Origin: Chloroflexota bacterium
GTDB taxonomy: Bacteria > Chloroflexota > Limnocylindria > Limnocylindrales > CSP1-4
Reading direction: 5' to 3'
Assembly: GCA_034430475.1 (NCBI GenBank)
Contig: DAOUEA010000009.1
Location: 107,578 to 171,577 of the forward strand
Length of the DNA: 64,000 nucleotides
Shown: positions 24,277 through 34,989 of the stretch, in pieces
Layout of the letters: each line of letters begins with the position of its first letter
Numbering within the stretch: position 1 is the stretch's first letter
Made by a program: the position numbers and the translations under genes
The notes under the pieces: model-generated
What the model was told of the DNA's origin: nothing
Seen by the model: only the letters and a program-made list of their open reading frames with translations
Databases searched by the model: none

Positions 24277-27192
24277 ATGGGCAGCACGCCGTCGCCGTTC
24301 TCCATCCGTCGCAGCCGATCGCTGGCCGCCGACCTGCGTGCCTCCGTACGCGGGAACGTCCAGTTCGGCGCCGGCGACCGGGCGCTGTATGCCACCGACG
24401 CCTCGAACTACCGCCACGTGCCGATCGGCGTGGTGCGGCCCGCCGACACCGACGACCTGATCGAAACCGTCCGCGTCTGCCGCGAGCACGATGCCCCGAT
24501 CACCATGCGCGGCGGCGGCACCAGCGTTGGCGGACAAGCCGCGAACGCGGCCGTGGTGATCGATGTCTCGCGGCATCTGAACCGGATCGTCGAAGTGGAT
24601 CCACGGCGGCGCCTGGCCCGCGTACAGCCCGGAGTGGTTCTGGACGCGCTGCAGGCCGCCGTGGCGCCGCACGGCCTGGTGTTCGGGCCGGACCCGGCCA
24701 CGCACGACCGCTGCACGCTGGGCGGGATGCTGGGCAACGACTCGTGCGGGGCTCACTCGATCATGGCCGGCCGAACGAGTCACAACGTCGAATCGCTGGA
24801 CGTGCTGACGTACGACGGCGTTCGGCTGACCGTCGGCCCCACGCCCGAAACCGAGCTGGCTCGCCTGTGCAAGCTCCCCGATCGGACGGGCGAGATCCAT
24901 CGCTCCCTGGGACGGCTTCGGGACCGGCACGCCGGCCTCATCCGCGGGCGTACCCCCGGCTTGCCCCGGCTGGTCTCCGGGTACGCGTTGACGGCGCTGC
25001 TGCCGGAGAACGGCTTCGACCTGGCCCGGGCCCTGGTCGGCAGCGAAGGCACCTGCGTCACCGTACTCGAGGCGACGGTCCGCCTGGTGACGAGCCCGAA
25101 CGCCCGGGCGCTGGCGGTCCTGGGGTTCGCCGACGTCTTCGAGGCGGCCGACCGAACGCCCGAGATCATGGCCGCCAGCCCGACCGCGCTGGAGGGCTTT
25201 GACGATCGGCTCGTGGACGCCTGCCGGCGGAAGAGCCTCAACCTGCCGGCCATCGCGGAGCTGCCCGAGGGGGGCGGCTGGTTGCTCGTCGAATTCGGGG
25301 GCGAGACGACCCGTGAGGCGCAGGAGAAGGCGCGAAGTGCGGCCGGCCGGCTACCGCGCGGGCGCGCCACGGTGCTGGTTGATCCAGCCGGGCAACAGGC
25401 GATGTGGACGCTGCGCGAATCGGCCGTCGGCGCCACGGCCGTCGTCCCGGGCAAACCCTCGACCTACCCCGGCTGGGAGGATTCCGCCGTCCCTCCCGAG
25501 CGCCTCGGCGCCTACCTGCGCGACCTGGACCGTTTGATCGGCGGCTTCGGCTTCGAGCGCACCTTCTACGGCCACTTCGGCGACGGCTGCCTGCACATGC
25601 GCAGCCAGTTCGACTTCCGCTCGGCCGAGGGCCTCACTGCTTTCCGCTCCTTCATCGAGCAAGCGGCCGATCTTGCGGTGGCCCACGGCGGGTCGCTTTC
25701 AGGCGAGCACGGCGACGGGCAGGCGCGGGGCGAGCTGTTGGAGCGGATGTACGGGCCGGAGATGGTTGAGGCCTTCTGCGAGTTCAAGAGGATCTGGGAC
25801 CCCGCCGGGCGCATGAACCCCGGGCGCGTCGTGGACGCCCGACCGCTGGACACGGACCTGCGGCCGGCGGTCCGTCTGGCGGAGCCGGCGACGGAGTATG
25901 GCTTCCCACAGGACGGCGGTTCTATGGCGCAAGCGCTGGAACGTTGCGTGGGCGTCGGCAAGTGCCGCCGCGAATCGGGCGGGGCGATGTGTCCCAGCTT
26001 CCAGGCCACGCACGAGGAGCGCCACTCCACCCGCGGCCGCGCCCGGCTCCTGTGGGAGATGCTGGAGGGCGAGGTCCTGCCGGACCTGTGGCGCAGCCGC
26101 GAGGTTCGCGAGGCGCTCGAACTGTGCCTGGCCTGCAAGGCTTGCAGCAGCGATTGCCCCGTCCAGGTGGACATCGCCGCTCTCAAGGCCGAGTTCATGG
26201 CCCACCACTACGCCCGGCGGCCGCGGCCCCGATCCGCCTACTCGATGGGCTTCATCCATCGCTGGGCCCGCCTCGCCCGAGTGGCTCCGCGACTCGCCAA
26301 CGCGGTGCTCGCGGCGCCCGGGCTGTCCGGCCTGGCCAAGCTGGCGGCAGGGGTTGACGGGCGGCGCCGCATGCCGGCTTTCGCGCCGCGCACCTTCCGC
26401 CGCCGACTCCCCGCGGGCGTCCCCGACCTGGACGGGACTCGCGGGCTGGCCGCTCCGGACCGGCGCGTCGTCCTTTTCGCCGACACCTTCACCGAAGGCT
26501 TCGCCCCCTCCCAGGGGCTCGCCGCCCTGCGAGTCCTGCGCGCGGCCGGGTTCGAAGTGGAGGTGCCGCGGGCCGACCTGTGCTGCGGCCGGCCGCTCTA
26601 CGACCGTGGCCTGCTGAAGCAGGCCCGGCGGGGGCTCGCCCGCATCCTGGACGAGTTCGACCCGGCGCTCGAAGACGGAGTCAGCGTCGTCGTCCTCGAG
26701 CCCTCCTGCGAGGCCACCTTTCACGACGAGCTGCTGCAGCTCTTCCCGGGCGATCCGCGGGCGCGGCGCCTCGACCAGCTGGCCTGCGGGCTGGGGGCCT
26801 TTGTGCAGGCGCACCGGGCCGAGTTCGACCCCGTGCTCACCGTCCGGCTCCACTCCCCCGCCCTGCTGCACGGCCACTGCCACCAGAAGGCCACCGCCGG
26901 GATGGCGGCCGAGGAAGCCGTCCTGCGGTCGATCGGCCTGGATCCCGCCCAGCCCGAACCCGGCTGCTGCGGCATGGCCGGCGCCTTCGGTTTCGAACGC
27001 GGCGAGCGCTACGAACTCTCCGTGCAGATCGGCGAGAGGGCGCTGCTGCCGGCCGTGCGCTCGGCCGCCGAAGAGGCCCTCGTGATCGCGGACGGCTTCA
27101 GCTGCCGCGAGCAGATAGCCCAGGGGTCACACCACCGGGCACTCCACCTGGCCGAGGTCCTTGAGCAGGTGCTCGAGCCCCGGGGGCCCTAG
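24277..27192 (+). CDS. FAD-linked oxidase fused to 4Fe-4S and CCG (heterodisulfide-reductase-like) domains (YdiJ / GlcD-GlcF fusion type)
   Basis: 971 aa. FAD-binding PCMH region (ITMRGGGTSVGGQA). Ferredoxin-type CVGVGKCRRE...CP and CLACKACSSDCP. C-terminal Cys-rich repeats (CCGRPLY, CCGMAGAFG). Confidence 0.9.
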   Translation: MGSTPSPFSIRRSRSLAADLRASVRGNVQFGAGDRALYATDASNYRHVPIGVVRPADTDDLIETVRVCREHDAPITMRGGGTSVGGQAANAAVVIDVSRHLNRIVEVDPRRRLARVQPGVVLDALQAAVAPHGLVFGPDPATHDRCTLGGMLGNDSCGAHSIMAGRTSHNVESLDVLTYDGVRLTVGPTPETELARLCKLPDRTGEIHRSLGRLRDRHAGLIRGRTPGLPRLVSGYALTALLPENGFDLARALVGSEGTCVTVLEATVRLVTSPNARALAVLGFADVFEAADRTPEIMAASPTALEGFDDRLVDACRRKSLNLPAIAELPEGGGWLLVEFGGETTREAQEKARSAAGRLPRGRATVLVDPAGQQAMWTLRESAVGATAVVPGKPSTYPGWEDSAVPPERLGAYLRDLDRLIGGFGFERTFYGHFGDGCLHMRSQFDFRSAEGLTAFRSFIEQAADLAVAHGGSLSGEHGDGQARGELLERMYGPEMVEAFCEFKRIWDPAGRMNPGRVVDARPLDTDLRPAVRLAEPATEYGFPQDGGSMAQALERCVGVGKCRRESGGAMCPSFQATHEERHSTRGRARLLWEMLEGEVLPDLWRSREVREALELCLACKACSSDCPVQVDIAALKAEFMAHHYARRPRPRSAYSMGFIHRWARLARVAPRLANAVLAAPGLSGLAKLAAGVDGRRRMPAFAPRTFRRRLPAGVPDLDGTRGLAAPDRRVVLFADTFTEGFAPSQGLAALRVLRAAGFEVEVPRADLCCGRPLYDRGLLKQARRGLARILDEFDPALEDGVSVVVLEPSCEATFHDELLQLFPGDPRARRLDQLACGLGAFVQAHRAEFDPVLTVRLHSPALLHGHCHQKATAGMAAEEAVLRSIGLDPAQPEPGCCGMAGAFGFERGERYELSVQIGERALLPAVRSAAEEALVIADGFSCREQIAQGSHHRALHLAEVLEQVLEPRGP

Positions 27193-27217
27193 AAGCGCTC
27201 CGAGCCGTTTGGGCGGC

Positions 27218-27910
27218 TCAGTCCTCCGTAGCCGAAGGTTCCGCAGATGCCGACGCAGACGGGCTGGCGCCGTCGCCGAGCGCCGCAGCGCACGTCTTCT
27301 CGGTCTCGGCCATGTCCTTCTTGAGACTGTTGAAGGCCTTGAGGGCGTCGCTGAGATCACTGTCCACCGAGTCAGTCACATCACTCAACTCGGCGGCCAG
27401 GCCCTCGGCGTCATCCAGCTCGGACGTAGCGTTGGCGAAATCGATCAGGAACTGGCCCTGGTCCTGGTCCAGGATATCGACCCAGGCCGCCGCGAAGTCC
27501 TCGCTCGCCTTCTTCAGGGTCTTCTCGTACTCCACGCGCGCGTCGTCCCAGTCGCCGCCGTCCCAGAGACGCTCGTTTACTGCCTTCAGGTCGTCGTAGA
27601 CGGCCGTGAGAGAGGTCTCGTCGGCCTGCAGGTCGGCGATGCAGTCGGACAGAGCGACACCTCTCGACGACTCGGCCGCGAGGCTGGCACGAGCGTCGGT
27701 CAGATTCTTGTCCTTGTCGGAGATCGTAACGGACGAGAACAGGCCACCGACGATCACCAGGATGACCAGTACGCCGCTGACCGCGGGCCAGAAGCGCGGA
27801 CTGCTGAAGATGCCCTTGAGACCAGGGCCCTTGGCTGCGGGGGTGGGCTCCACCTCGGGCGGAGGTGGGGCTTCCGGTTCGGGTGCCGGAGCGGCGGCTT
27901 TCCTGGGCAT
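27218..27910 (-). CDS. single-pass membrane protein with acidic helical ectodomain, function unknown
   Basis: ATG 27910 with GGAG upstream. Pro/Ala-rich N-terminus, TM helix FWPAVSGVLVILVIVGGLF, then a D/E-rich helical sequence. Confidence 0.6.
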   Translation of the reverse strand: MPRKAAAPAPEPEAPPPPEVEPTPAAKGPGLKGIFSSPRFWPAVSGVLVILVIVGGLFSSVTISDKDKNLTDARASLAAESSRGVALSDCIADLQADETSLTAVYDDLKAVNERLWDGGDWDDARVEYEKTLKKASEDFAAAWVDILDQDQGQFLIDFANATSELDDAEGLAAELSDVTDSVDSDLSDALKAFNSLKKDMAETEKTCAAALGDGASPSASASAEPSATED

Positions 27911-28136
27911 ACGACTCTCCTTCACCCGCCGTACCGGCTGAGTTCTGGCCGGCAGCAACATGAGTGTAGGCGTCCTGAGGCCGCTCCACGCGACGACTTC
28001 CGCGCCCGTCACAGAGTCCGATGCCTCTCCATACGTGGGCGCCGGGTCGGTCACCTGCCCCTGAGCGTCCAGGTAACTGCCTCGTCCTGTCGCGTACGCG
28101 GCTGTTCCCCTCCTCGCCGAAGACCCCCCTACCGGC

Positions 28137-29441
28137 CTACGCCGTCTGGCCGTGCTCCTCGAGGACCTTGTCGTAGTTGGTCTCGTCGACGCCGGATTCG
28201 ACCTGGCTCTTCGTCAGCAGCAGCGGCGGCCGCCCCTCGCGGATCGTCTCCTCGGTGATGATGCACTTGCGGATCTCGCCATGGTCCGGGACGTCGTACA
28301 TCACTTCCAGGAGCGATTCCTCGACGATCGAACGCAGGGCGCGGGCACCCGTCTTTCGGGTGATGGCCAGCTCCGCGGCGGCCTGAAGCGCGCCGTCGGT
28401 GAAGACCAGGTCCACCTTGTCCAGCGAGAGAAACTTCTGGAACTGGCGGGTGATCGCGTTCTTCGGCTCGGTCAGGACCCGCACCAGGTCCTCGGAACTC
28501 AACGGCGAGAGCGTCACGACCACCGGCAGGCGGCCGACGAACTCGGGGATCAGGCCGTACTTGAGCAGGTCCTCCGGCATCAGGCGCTCGAGGATCCGCT
28601 CGCGGTCGATCTCCGGCATGTGGTTCTCGGCCCCGAAGCCCATCGACCGCTTCCCGACCCGCTCCTCGACGATCTTGTCCAGGCCGTCGAAGGCGCCGCC
28701 GCAGATGAACAGGACGTTGGTGGTGTCGATCTGGATGAAGTCCTGGTGAGGGTGCTTGCGGCCGCCCTGAGGCGGGACGTTGGCCAGGGTGCCCTCCAGG
28801 ATCTTGAGCAGCGCCTGCTGGACGCCCTCACCCGATACGTCGCGCGTGATCGAGGGGTTGTCCGCCTTGCGGGCGACCTTGTCGATCTCGTCGATGTAGA
28901 TGATGCCCCGCTGGGCCCGGGCGATGTCGAAGTCGGCGGCCTGGATCAGGCGCAGCAGGATGTTCTCGACGTCCTCACCGACATAGCCCGCCTCGGTCAG
29001 CGACGTGGCGTCGGCGATGCAGAAGGGCACGTCCAGCACCTTGGCCAGCGTCTGGGCCATCAGCGTCTTGCCCGAGCCGGTCGGCCCGACGAGCATGATG
29101 TTCGACTTCTGCAGCTCGACGTCGTCGATCTGGTGGCCGGCGTTGACGCGCTTGTAGTGGTTGTGGACGGCGACCGAGAGGACCTTCTTGGCCTTCTCCT
29201 GGCTGATGACGTAGGCGTCCAGCGCAACCTTGATGGCTCGCGGGTTCGGCAGCTTCGCGGCCTGGGGCTTGGCGCGCGGCGCCTCGAGCATCTCCTCTTC
29301 GATGATCTCCTGGCAGAGGTTGATGCACTCGTCGCAGATGTAGACGCCCTGGCCCGCGATGAGCTTGCGGACCTGTTCCTGGCTCTTGCCGCAGAAGCTG
29401 CAGCGGTATGGGACCTTGGGACCCGTCTTGGTGGTGGTCAC
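28137..29441 (-). CDS. clpX: ATP-dependent Clp protease ATP-binding subunit ClpX
   Basis: N-terminal zinc finger [27 protein letters not shown], Walker [19 protein letters not shown], and the GARALRS sensor-2 region. Confidence 0.97.
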   Translation of the reverse strand: MTTTKTGPKVPYRCSFCGKSQEQVRKLIAGQGVYICDECINLCQEIIEEEMLEAPRAKPQAAKLPNPRAIKVALDAYVISQEKAKKVLSVAVHNHYKRVNAGHQIDDVELQKSNIMLVGPTGSGKTLMAQTLAKVLDVPFCIADATSLTEAGYVGEDVENILLRLIQAADFDIARAQRGIIYIDEIDKVARKADNPSITRDVSGEGVQQALLKILEGTLANVPPQGGRKHPHQDFIQIDTTNVLFICGGAFDGLDKIVEERVGKRSMGFGAENHMPEIDRERILERLMPEDLLKYGLIPEFVGRLPVVVTLSPLSSEDLVRVLTEPKNAITRQFQKFLSLDKVDLVFTDGALQAAAELAITRKTGARALRSIVEESLLEVMYDVPDHGEIRKCIITEETIREGRPPLLLTKSQVESGVDETNYDKVLEEHGQTA

Positions 29442-29472
29442 GCGCCTTGTCCCGACCCTTTCGACATGGGCC

Positions 29473-30153
29473 TCAGCCCTTGTCCGGTTCGGCGGTCGGA
29501 GCCTGTCCGTCGCCTGTCTTGCGGTCGCTCTCGCCTTCGGGCTCTGCCGCCCGTCGTGCCGGGCTCGAGGGCGCCCGAGTGGCAGAGTAGACCGAGTCGA
29601 TTATGCCGTACTCCTTGGCTTCTGTTGGGGACATGAAGTAATCCCGCGCCGTGTCGGCCACGATCTGTTCGGCCGTCTTGCCCGTGTGGCGGCTCAGGAT
29701 TTCGTGGTTGGTCTTGACCAGGGTCTCCATCTCCTTGACCTGGATCAGCACGTCCGGGGTGGAGCCGCGGAAGCCGCCAGAGCCCTGGTGGATCATGATC
29801 CGGCTGTGGGGCAGGGCAAAGCGCTTGCCCTCCGCCCCGGCCGCCAGCAGGACGGCGGCCATGCTGGCCGCCATGCCAATGCAGATCGTGCTGACCGGCG
29901 CCCGCACGTACTGCATAGTGTCGTAGATGGCCAGCCCGGCGGTGATGATCCCGCCGGGGGAGTTGATGTAGAGGCTGATGTCGCGCTCCGGATCCTCGGC
30001 ATCGAGGAAGAGCAGCTGGGCAATCACCAGGTTGGCGACGTTGTCCTCGATGGCGTCGCCCAGGAAGATGATCCGCTCGCGCAGGAGCCGCGAGTAGATG
30101 TCGTAGGCGCGCTCGCCCCGGCTCGAGGATTCGATCACCATCGGCACGAGCAT
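29473..30153 (-). CDS. clpP: ATP-dependent Clp protease proteolytic subunit ClpP (with a short C-terminal extension)
   Basis: [30 protein letters not shown]. Catalytic Ser context GMAASMAA and His in IMIHQ. About 30 extra C-terminal residues. Confidence 0.95.
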   Translation of the reverse strand: MLVPMVIESSSRGERAYDIYSRLLRERIIFLGDAIEDNVANLVIAQLLFLDAEDPERDISLYINSPGGIITAGLAIYDTMQYVRAPVSTICIGMAASMAAVLLAAGAEGKRFALPHSRIMIHQGSGGFRGSTPDVLIQVKEMETLVKTNHEILSRHTGKTAEQIVADTARDYFMSPTEAKEYGIIDSVYSATRAPSSPARRAAEPEGESDRKTGDGQAPTAEPDKG

Positions 30154-30176
30154 CGCCTTGTCTCCTGTGCGGTTCG

Positions 30177-31601
30177 CTACTTGTCTTCCCGGCCCGTCTC
30201 CGGCGACGGGCTGCCCGGATCCGTGACTCCGATCGCGGCTGCCGCCTCCGCCGATGTGGCATCCACCGCTGACGTCTCACTCTCTTCCCGATGGCGCAAA
30301 CGAGGCACCTCAGGATGTGCCGCCAGCCACTCGTCCACCAACCCCTCGATGGTCCGGGATCGGCGGATGGTGCTTCTGATGTAGCTCCGGCCGCGGTCGC
30401 TCTCGAAGTATCGGATGAGCGACTGGTCCTTTGCATAGCGCTCGCGCGCCAGCGCCACCTCGGCATCCACTTCCCTGTCGGGAACCTCCACGCCACGGGC
30501 CCTGGCGATCTCCGAGAGCACCAGCAGCGTCTTGACCCGCTTCTCGGCCTGAGGCCGGAACTCGGCCCGAAGATCGTCCTCGGTTTTCTCGACGACCTTG
30601 AGGTAGGTTTCTTCGGGGATGCCCTGGCGAGCCAGCGCCGAGCGCAGCTCGTCGTGCATGACGTCGACTTCCTGGTCGATGAGGACGTCCGGCACATCGA
30701 CCGTGGCATTGGCCGTGGCGTACTCGATGATCTTGTCGGCGAAGTCGTGGCGGGCGCGGTCCAGGGCGTTGGCCTCCAGACGCTTGCGCAGCTCCGACCG
30801 CAGGGCGGCCAGGTCCTCGAACTTGCCCACCTTGCCGGCCCACTCGTCGGTCGCCTCGGGCAGGACCTTGCCTCGCAGCTCGCTCAGGCTCACCTTGAAG
30901 TGAACCGTCTCCTTGCGCAGCGACTCCTCCTGGTAGTCCTCCGGGAAGACGAGATCGAACTCCCGCTCCTCGCCCTTGCCCATGCCGAGCAGGTTCTCTT
31001 CGAAGCCGGGCACCAGCCGGTCCTGGCCCAGGACCAGCGGGAAGCGCTCGGAGGTCAGTCCGTCGCGGGGGGCGCCGTTGTGCGTCCCGGCGAAAGCCAG
31101 GATGGCGTAGTCGCCCTTCTGGGCTCCGCGCCCTTCCACCGGCTCCAGCGTCGCCTCGGCGTCGCGTAGCTCGTCGACGACCTTCTCCACGGTGCCGTCA
31201 TCGACAGTCGCGATCTCGGGCTTGAAGCTGAAGTTCTCGTAGTCGCCCAGCTCGACCTCGGGACGAAGCTGCACTACCGCCTTGAAGATCAGCGGCTTGC
31301 CCACCTCGGCCTGGCTGATCTCCACTTCGGGCGAGGTCAGCGGGGCGATGTCCTGCTCGCGCACGACCTGCCGGAAGGCATCCTCGACCAGCCTGTCCAC
31401 GGCCTCGTCCAGGATCGCATCCGGTCCGAGAACGCGCTCCACGACCGATCGGGGCGCCTTGCCCGGCCGGAAGCCTGAGATCACATGGCGCCTCGAGAGG
31501 CGCCGCGCAGCGTCGTCCATCGAGCCAGAGAGCCGCTCGGGGGGCAACTCGAAGTCGATCTGGAGACGTGACTTGGGGAGCGGCGTGTTGGTGATCTGCA
31601 T
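30177..31601 (-). CDS. tig: trigger factor
   Basis: 474 aa. N-terminal ribosome-binding motif GFRPGKAP, central FKBP-like region, helical C-terminal arms. Sits upstream of clpP-clpX, as in many bacteria. Confidence 0.95.
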   Translation of the reverse strand: MQITNTPLPKSRLQIDFELPPERLSGSMDDAARRLSRRHVISGFRPGKAPRSVVERVLGPDAILDEAVDRLVEDAFRQVVREQDIAPLTSPEVEISQAEVGKPLIFKAVVQLRPEVELGDYENFSFKPEIATVDDGTVEKVVDELRDAEATLEPVEGRGAQKGDYAILAFAGTHNGAPRDGLTSERFPLVLGQDRLVPGFEENLLGMGKGEEREFDLVFPEDYQEESLRKETVHFKVSLSELRGKVLPEATDEWAGKVGKFEDLAALRSELRKRLEANALDRARHDFADKIIEYATANATVDVPDVLIDQEVDVMHDELRSALARQGIPEETYLKVVEKTEDDLRAEFRPQAEKRVKTLLVLSEIARARGVEVPDREVDAEVALARERYAKDQSLIRYFESDRGRSYIRSTIRRSRTIEGLVDEWLAAHPEVPRLRHREESETSAVDATSAEAAAAIGVTDPGSPSPETGREDK

Positions 31602-31670
31602 TGCCGCGGATTATAGGCCCCGGGCCGCCGGCCAACCTGGAAGCGGCCCGGCCGCGGCTCAGGCCGCGGC

Positions 31671-33713
31671 TCAGGCGCCGTCCACGTCGCTCCGCAAGGG
31701 CGCCGCCACCAGCTTCTCGAGGGCCTCTCGAGCGCCCGAGACGGTGAAGATCGTGAGCTCGTCGCCGATCTCCAGGTGCAGGTCGCCACGGGGCACTATC
31801 ACCTGCTCTCCCCGGTGAACCGCCACCAGCACCGCGTCCCTGGGCCACGGGATCCTGGCCACGGTCGCGCCCGCCAGCCCGGACGCCGGAACCACAGCGG
31901 CCCTGACGAGAGCCCCGCCGGGCCCCAGGCCGCGTATCCGCTGGACGCTCCCGGCCAGCGCCGTCCGATATGACTTCATGACGTCCTTGACGGACAGCAC
32001 GCCGGTCAGCTTGCCGTTCGAGACGACCGGCCCCCACGAGGCGTTGCTGTCGGCCAGTGCCCCCAGCGCCTCGTCGAGGCTGTCCTCGATGCTGATGATC
32101 GGGGGCTCGCCCGATGCAACCCCGCCTACCAGATCGCCCGCCCGCGCCTCCGGCCTGGCCCGCTCCAGCTTCTGGACGGTGATCGAGCCCTTGAAGCTGC
32201 CGTCCTGGGCCACGACCGGGGCCCCGGGCAGACGAGCCCGCTTCAGGCGCCGCAGCACCTCCGCGGCACCATCCTCGGGACGGGCCACGACTCGCGGCAC
32301 CCGAGCCGCGTCGGCAGCCGGCAGAGTAGCCATGACCGGCATCGCGAACTGGAACCTGTGGGCCGGCGAATCGGCCCGCGTCGCCAGCTGCGAGGCGTAG
32401 ATCGACTTGTCACCCACCACCAGGAGGGCGATACCGACGGCGATCATGGCCGGGGCCAGCATTCCCAGATCGCCGGTCATCTCGGCGACCATGAGCATCA
32501 CGGCGATCGGCGAGTGGGCGATGCTGCCGAACAGGGCCATCATGGCCACGATGACGAAGGGCGTGGGATCGGAGGGCATGAACGGCGCCCAGGGCATCAG
32601 CAGCCGCCACAACGCGGCGCCCAGGAGCCCTCCCACGACCATTCCCGGACCGAAGATGCCACCCGAGCCCCCGGAGCCGATGGACAGCGAGGTAGCCAGG
32701 ATCTTGGCAAACGGCAGGGCGATGATCACCCACAGGGGGATGGTCATGATCGAGTCGCGGCCCAGGCAGGCCTGGATCCAGCCGTAGCCCGTCCCGATCA
32801 CGCCCGGCAGCAGGATGCCCATGCACCCGACGACGAAGCCGGCCACGGCGGGCCGGAGAGCCCGGGGCAAACGCCAGCCCTTGAACCAGGACGTGAAGCC
32901 GTAGAAGCTCGAGATGTAGAGCCGGCCCACGAGGCCCGCGGCAAGGCCTATCAGGACGTAGTAGAGAAGCTGCCGCGGATCCGTGAACTCGGAACGGAAG
33001 TGCCCGAAGATCGAACCGAAGCCCATCAGGGCCCCGAAGACGGAGAAGGCCACGATCGAGGCCACGAAAGAAGGCACCACGGCTTCGGCCTCGATGTCGT
33101 CGCGATACGGGATCTCCGCTCCCAGGATCGCTCCCCCGAGAGGCGCCCGGAAGATCGCCCCGATGCCCGAGGCCATGCCCGCCGACACGGCAATCCTGGC
33201 GTCGCGCGCCTCCAGGTCCAGGGTCCGGGCCAGGAACGATCCGAAGCCGGCCCCGATCTGGGCCGTGGGGCCTTCTCGGCCGCCGGAGCCGCCGGAGCCG
33301 ATGGTGACCGCCGCGCTGACCAGCTTGACGGCAGGGATGCGGCCTCGCACGCCGCGTGGACGGTGATGGAAGGCCGCAATCGCGGCGTCCGTGCCGTGGC
33401 CTTCGGCCTCGGGGGCGAGCCTGAAGACGATCAGGCCAGAGATCAGCCCGCCGGCCGCCACGACCAGCGGCAGCGCCCAGGGACGGGCGGGGTCGGTGAT
33501 GCCGTGCCCGCCCTCGCCGGCAGCCGTGGCCGGGTCAAAACCGGCCAGCAGGCCCAGGAAGAGCCGTGTCGACGCCTCCAGGGCGGCGAAGAAGAGGGCT
33601 GCCCCAAGCCCCGAGATGACCCCGATCATGGCGCCGAGGATCACCCACTTGCGCAGGTATGACGCCGACCGCAGGCCACGCCGCAGCCGGGCAAGGATGG
33701 TGTCTAGGTCCAA
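31671..33713 (-). CDS. ClC-family chloride channel/antiporter with a C-terminal CBS pair and a TrkA-C-like domain
   Basis: 680 aa. ClC selectivity motifs GSGGSGGREGP and GGIFGP. CBS-like segments follow the membrane core. The C-terminus (GATVARIPWPRDAVLVAVHRGEQVIVPRGDLHLEIGDELTIF) resembles TrkA-C. Confidence 0.9.
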   Translation of the reverse strand: MDLDTILARLRRGLRSASYLRKWVILGAMIGVISGLGAALFFAALEASTRLFLGLLAGFDPATAAGEGGHGITDPARPWALPLVVAAGGLISGLIVFRLAPEAEGHGTDAAIAAFHHRPRGVRGRIPAVKLVSAAVTIGSGGSGGREGPTAQIGAGFGSFLARTLDLEARDARIAVSAGMASGIGAIFRAPLGGAILGAEIPYRDDIEAEAVVPSFVASIVAFSVFGALMGFGSIFGHFRSEFTDPRQLLYYVLIGLAAGLVGRLYISSFYGFTSWFKGWRLPRALRPAVAGFVVGCMGILLPGVIGTGYGWIQACLGRDSIMTIPLWVIIALPFAKILATSLSIGSGGSGGIFGPGMVVGGLLGAALWRLLMPWAPFMPSDPTPFVIVAMMALFGSIAHSPIAVMLMVAEMTGDLGMLAPAMIAVGIALLVVGDKSIYASQLATRADSPAHRFQFAMPVMATLPAADAARVPRVVARPEDGAAEVLRRLKRARLPGAPVVAQDGSFKGSITVQKLERARPEARAGDLVGGVASGEPPIISIEDSLDEALGALADSNASWGPVVSNGKLTGVLSVKDVMKSYRTALAGSVQRIRGLGPGGALVRAAVVPASGLAGATVARIPWPRDAVLVAVHRGEQVIVPRGDLHLEIGDELTIFTVSGAREALEKLVAAPLRSDVDGA

Positions 33714-34129
33714 CTGCCGAGCCTCTGGGCTGCCAATGCCAGCGATCCGGCATCAGAGGGACTGATCATTTCCGGCCCCGACTCACCCAGGCTCTCCATG
33801 AGCAGCTCGCGGCGCCTGTCCACCACGGCCTGGAGGAGTCGACGCCCTGCGGATGTCAGGCCGACCCGCACTCCCCTGCGATCCCCGGGGTCGTCGGCCA
33901 GCTCCAGCAGCTCGCGCCGCACCAGGCGGCGGACCAGCTTGCTTGTCGAAGGCCGCGACATCGCCAGCTTGTCGGCCAGCTCGGAAAGCCGCGGGTCCTC
34001 GTTGGAAGCACCGACAAGGACCAGCGTCCGCCAGCCCAGAAACGTAAGCTCCGAACCGGCGGTTTCCACCAGGGCCCTGGCTGTCAGGGCCACCGAAGCG
34101 ATGGCTATCAGTTCCAGTTGATCTATCAC
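33704..34129 (-). CDS. MarR-family transcriptional regulator
   Basis: 141 aa. Winged-HTH pattern LSELADKLAMSRPSTSKLVRRLVRRELLELADDPGDRRGVRVGLTSAGRRL. Its 3' end overlaps the ClC start by 10 nt. Confidence 0.85.
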   Translation of the reverse strand: MIDQLELIAIASVALTARALVETAGSELTFLGWRTLVLVGASNEDPRLSELADKLAMSRPSTSKLVRRLVRRELLELADDPGDRRGVRVGLTSAGRRLLQAVVDRRRELLMESLGESGPEMISPSDAGSLALAAQRLGSWT

Positions 34130-34146
34130 GGCGGCATGTTAGCATA

Positions 34147-34166
34147 TAGTTGCCTCATGGCAACTA
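34147..34166. promoter_or_regulatory. perfect inverted repeat TAGTTGCC-N4-GGCAACTA in the marR/ABC divergent intergenic region (candidate MarR operator)
   Basis: Read directly from the sequence. Overlaps a TATAGT -10-like hexamer (34145-34150). Confidence 0.45.
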
Positions 34167-34221
34167 ACTGGCCCACTCGGCGCCGGGGGCCGGCGCCAAC
34201 TCTGTCGAAGGAGCGACCACC

Positions 34222-34989
34222 ATGACCACCAGAGCACCCAGGCAGGGCGGGGCTGGCGCGACGGACGCGAGCCGGGCGCAGGGGCCGGTGATCAGGCTAG
34301 AGGGCGTCGAGAAGACGTACGGCAGCGGCGAGGTGGCCGTTCATGCCCTCAAGGACGTGGATCTGCAGGTCGCAGGGGGCCAGTTCGTCGTCATCCTGGG
34401 GCCCAGCGGCTCGGGCAAGACGACTCTCATGAACGTCATCGGCGGGATGGAGCCGCCCACCGCCGGGCGGGTGATCGTGGCCGGGCGAGAACTGACCGGC
34501 CTGGACGACGCCGCCCTGACCGACTACCGCCGAACGGAGGTCGGCTTCGTCTTCCAGTTCTTCAACCTGGTGCCGACCCTGACCGCGCTTGAGAACGTGG
34601 CTCTCGTAGCGGAGCTGGTGGGCCGGAATCCCGAAGAGTCCTCCCTGGCCGCCTTGACCGCCGTCGGGCTGGCCGATCGCGCCAGCCACTTCCCTTCGGC
34701 CATGTCCGGCGGCGAGCAGCAGCGGGTCGCGATCGCCCGCGCCCTTGTCAAGGAGCCACACATCCTGTTGTGCGATGAGCCGACCGGCTCTCTCGATCTC
34801 CCGACCGGGCGCCAGGTCCTGACGGCATTGCACCGGACCAGCCGCCAGGCGCGCCGGACCGTGGTCCTGGTCACCCACAACTCGGCCATCGCCCGGATGG
34901 CCGACCGGGTGCTCCACATGGGCTCCGGCCGGCTGCTCGACGACCGCGCCCAGCCTCGCCCGATCGCCCCCGAGGAGGTGGTCTGGTGA
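34222..34989 (+). CDS. ABC transporter ATP-binding protein (MacB/LolD/FtsE type)
   Basis: AAGGAG RBS. GPSGSGKTT Walker A, signature LSGGEQQRVAIARAL, Walker B ILLCDEPTGSLD. Confidence 0.92.
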   Translation: MTTRAPRQGGAGATDASRAQGPVIRLEGVEKTYGSGEVAVHALKDVDLQVAGGQFVVILGPSGSGKTTLMNVIGGMEPPTAGRVIVAGRELTGLDDAALTDYRRTEVGFVFQFFNLVPTLTALENVALVAELVGRNPEESSLAALTAVGLADRASHFPSAMSGGEQQRVAIARALVKEPHILLCDEPTGSLDLPTGRQVLTALHRTSRQARRTVVLVTHNSAIARMADRVLHMGSGRLLDDRAQPRPIAPEEVVW

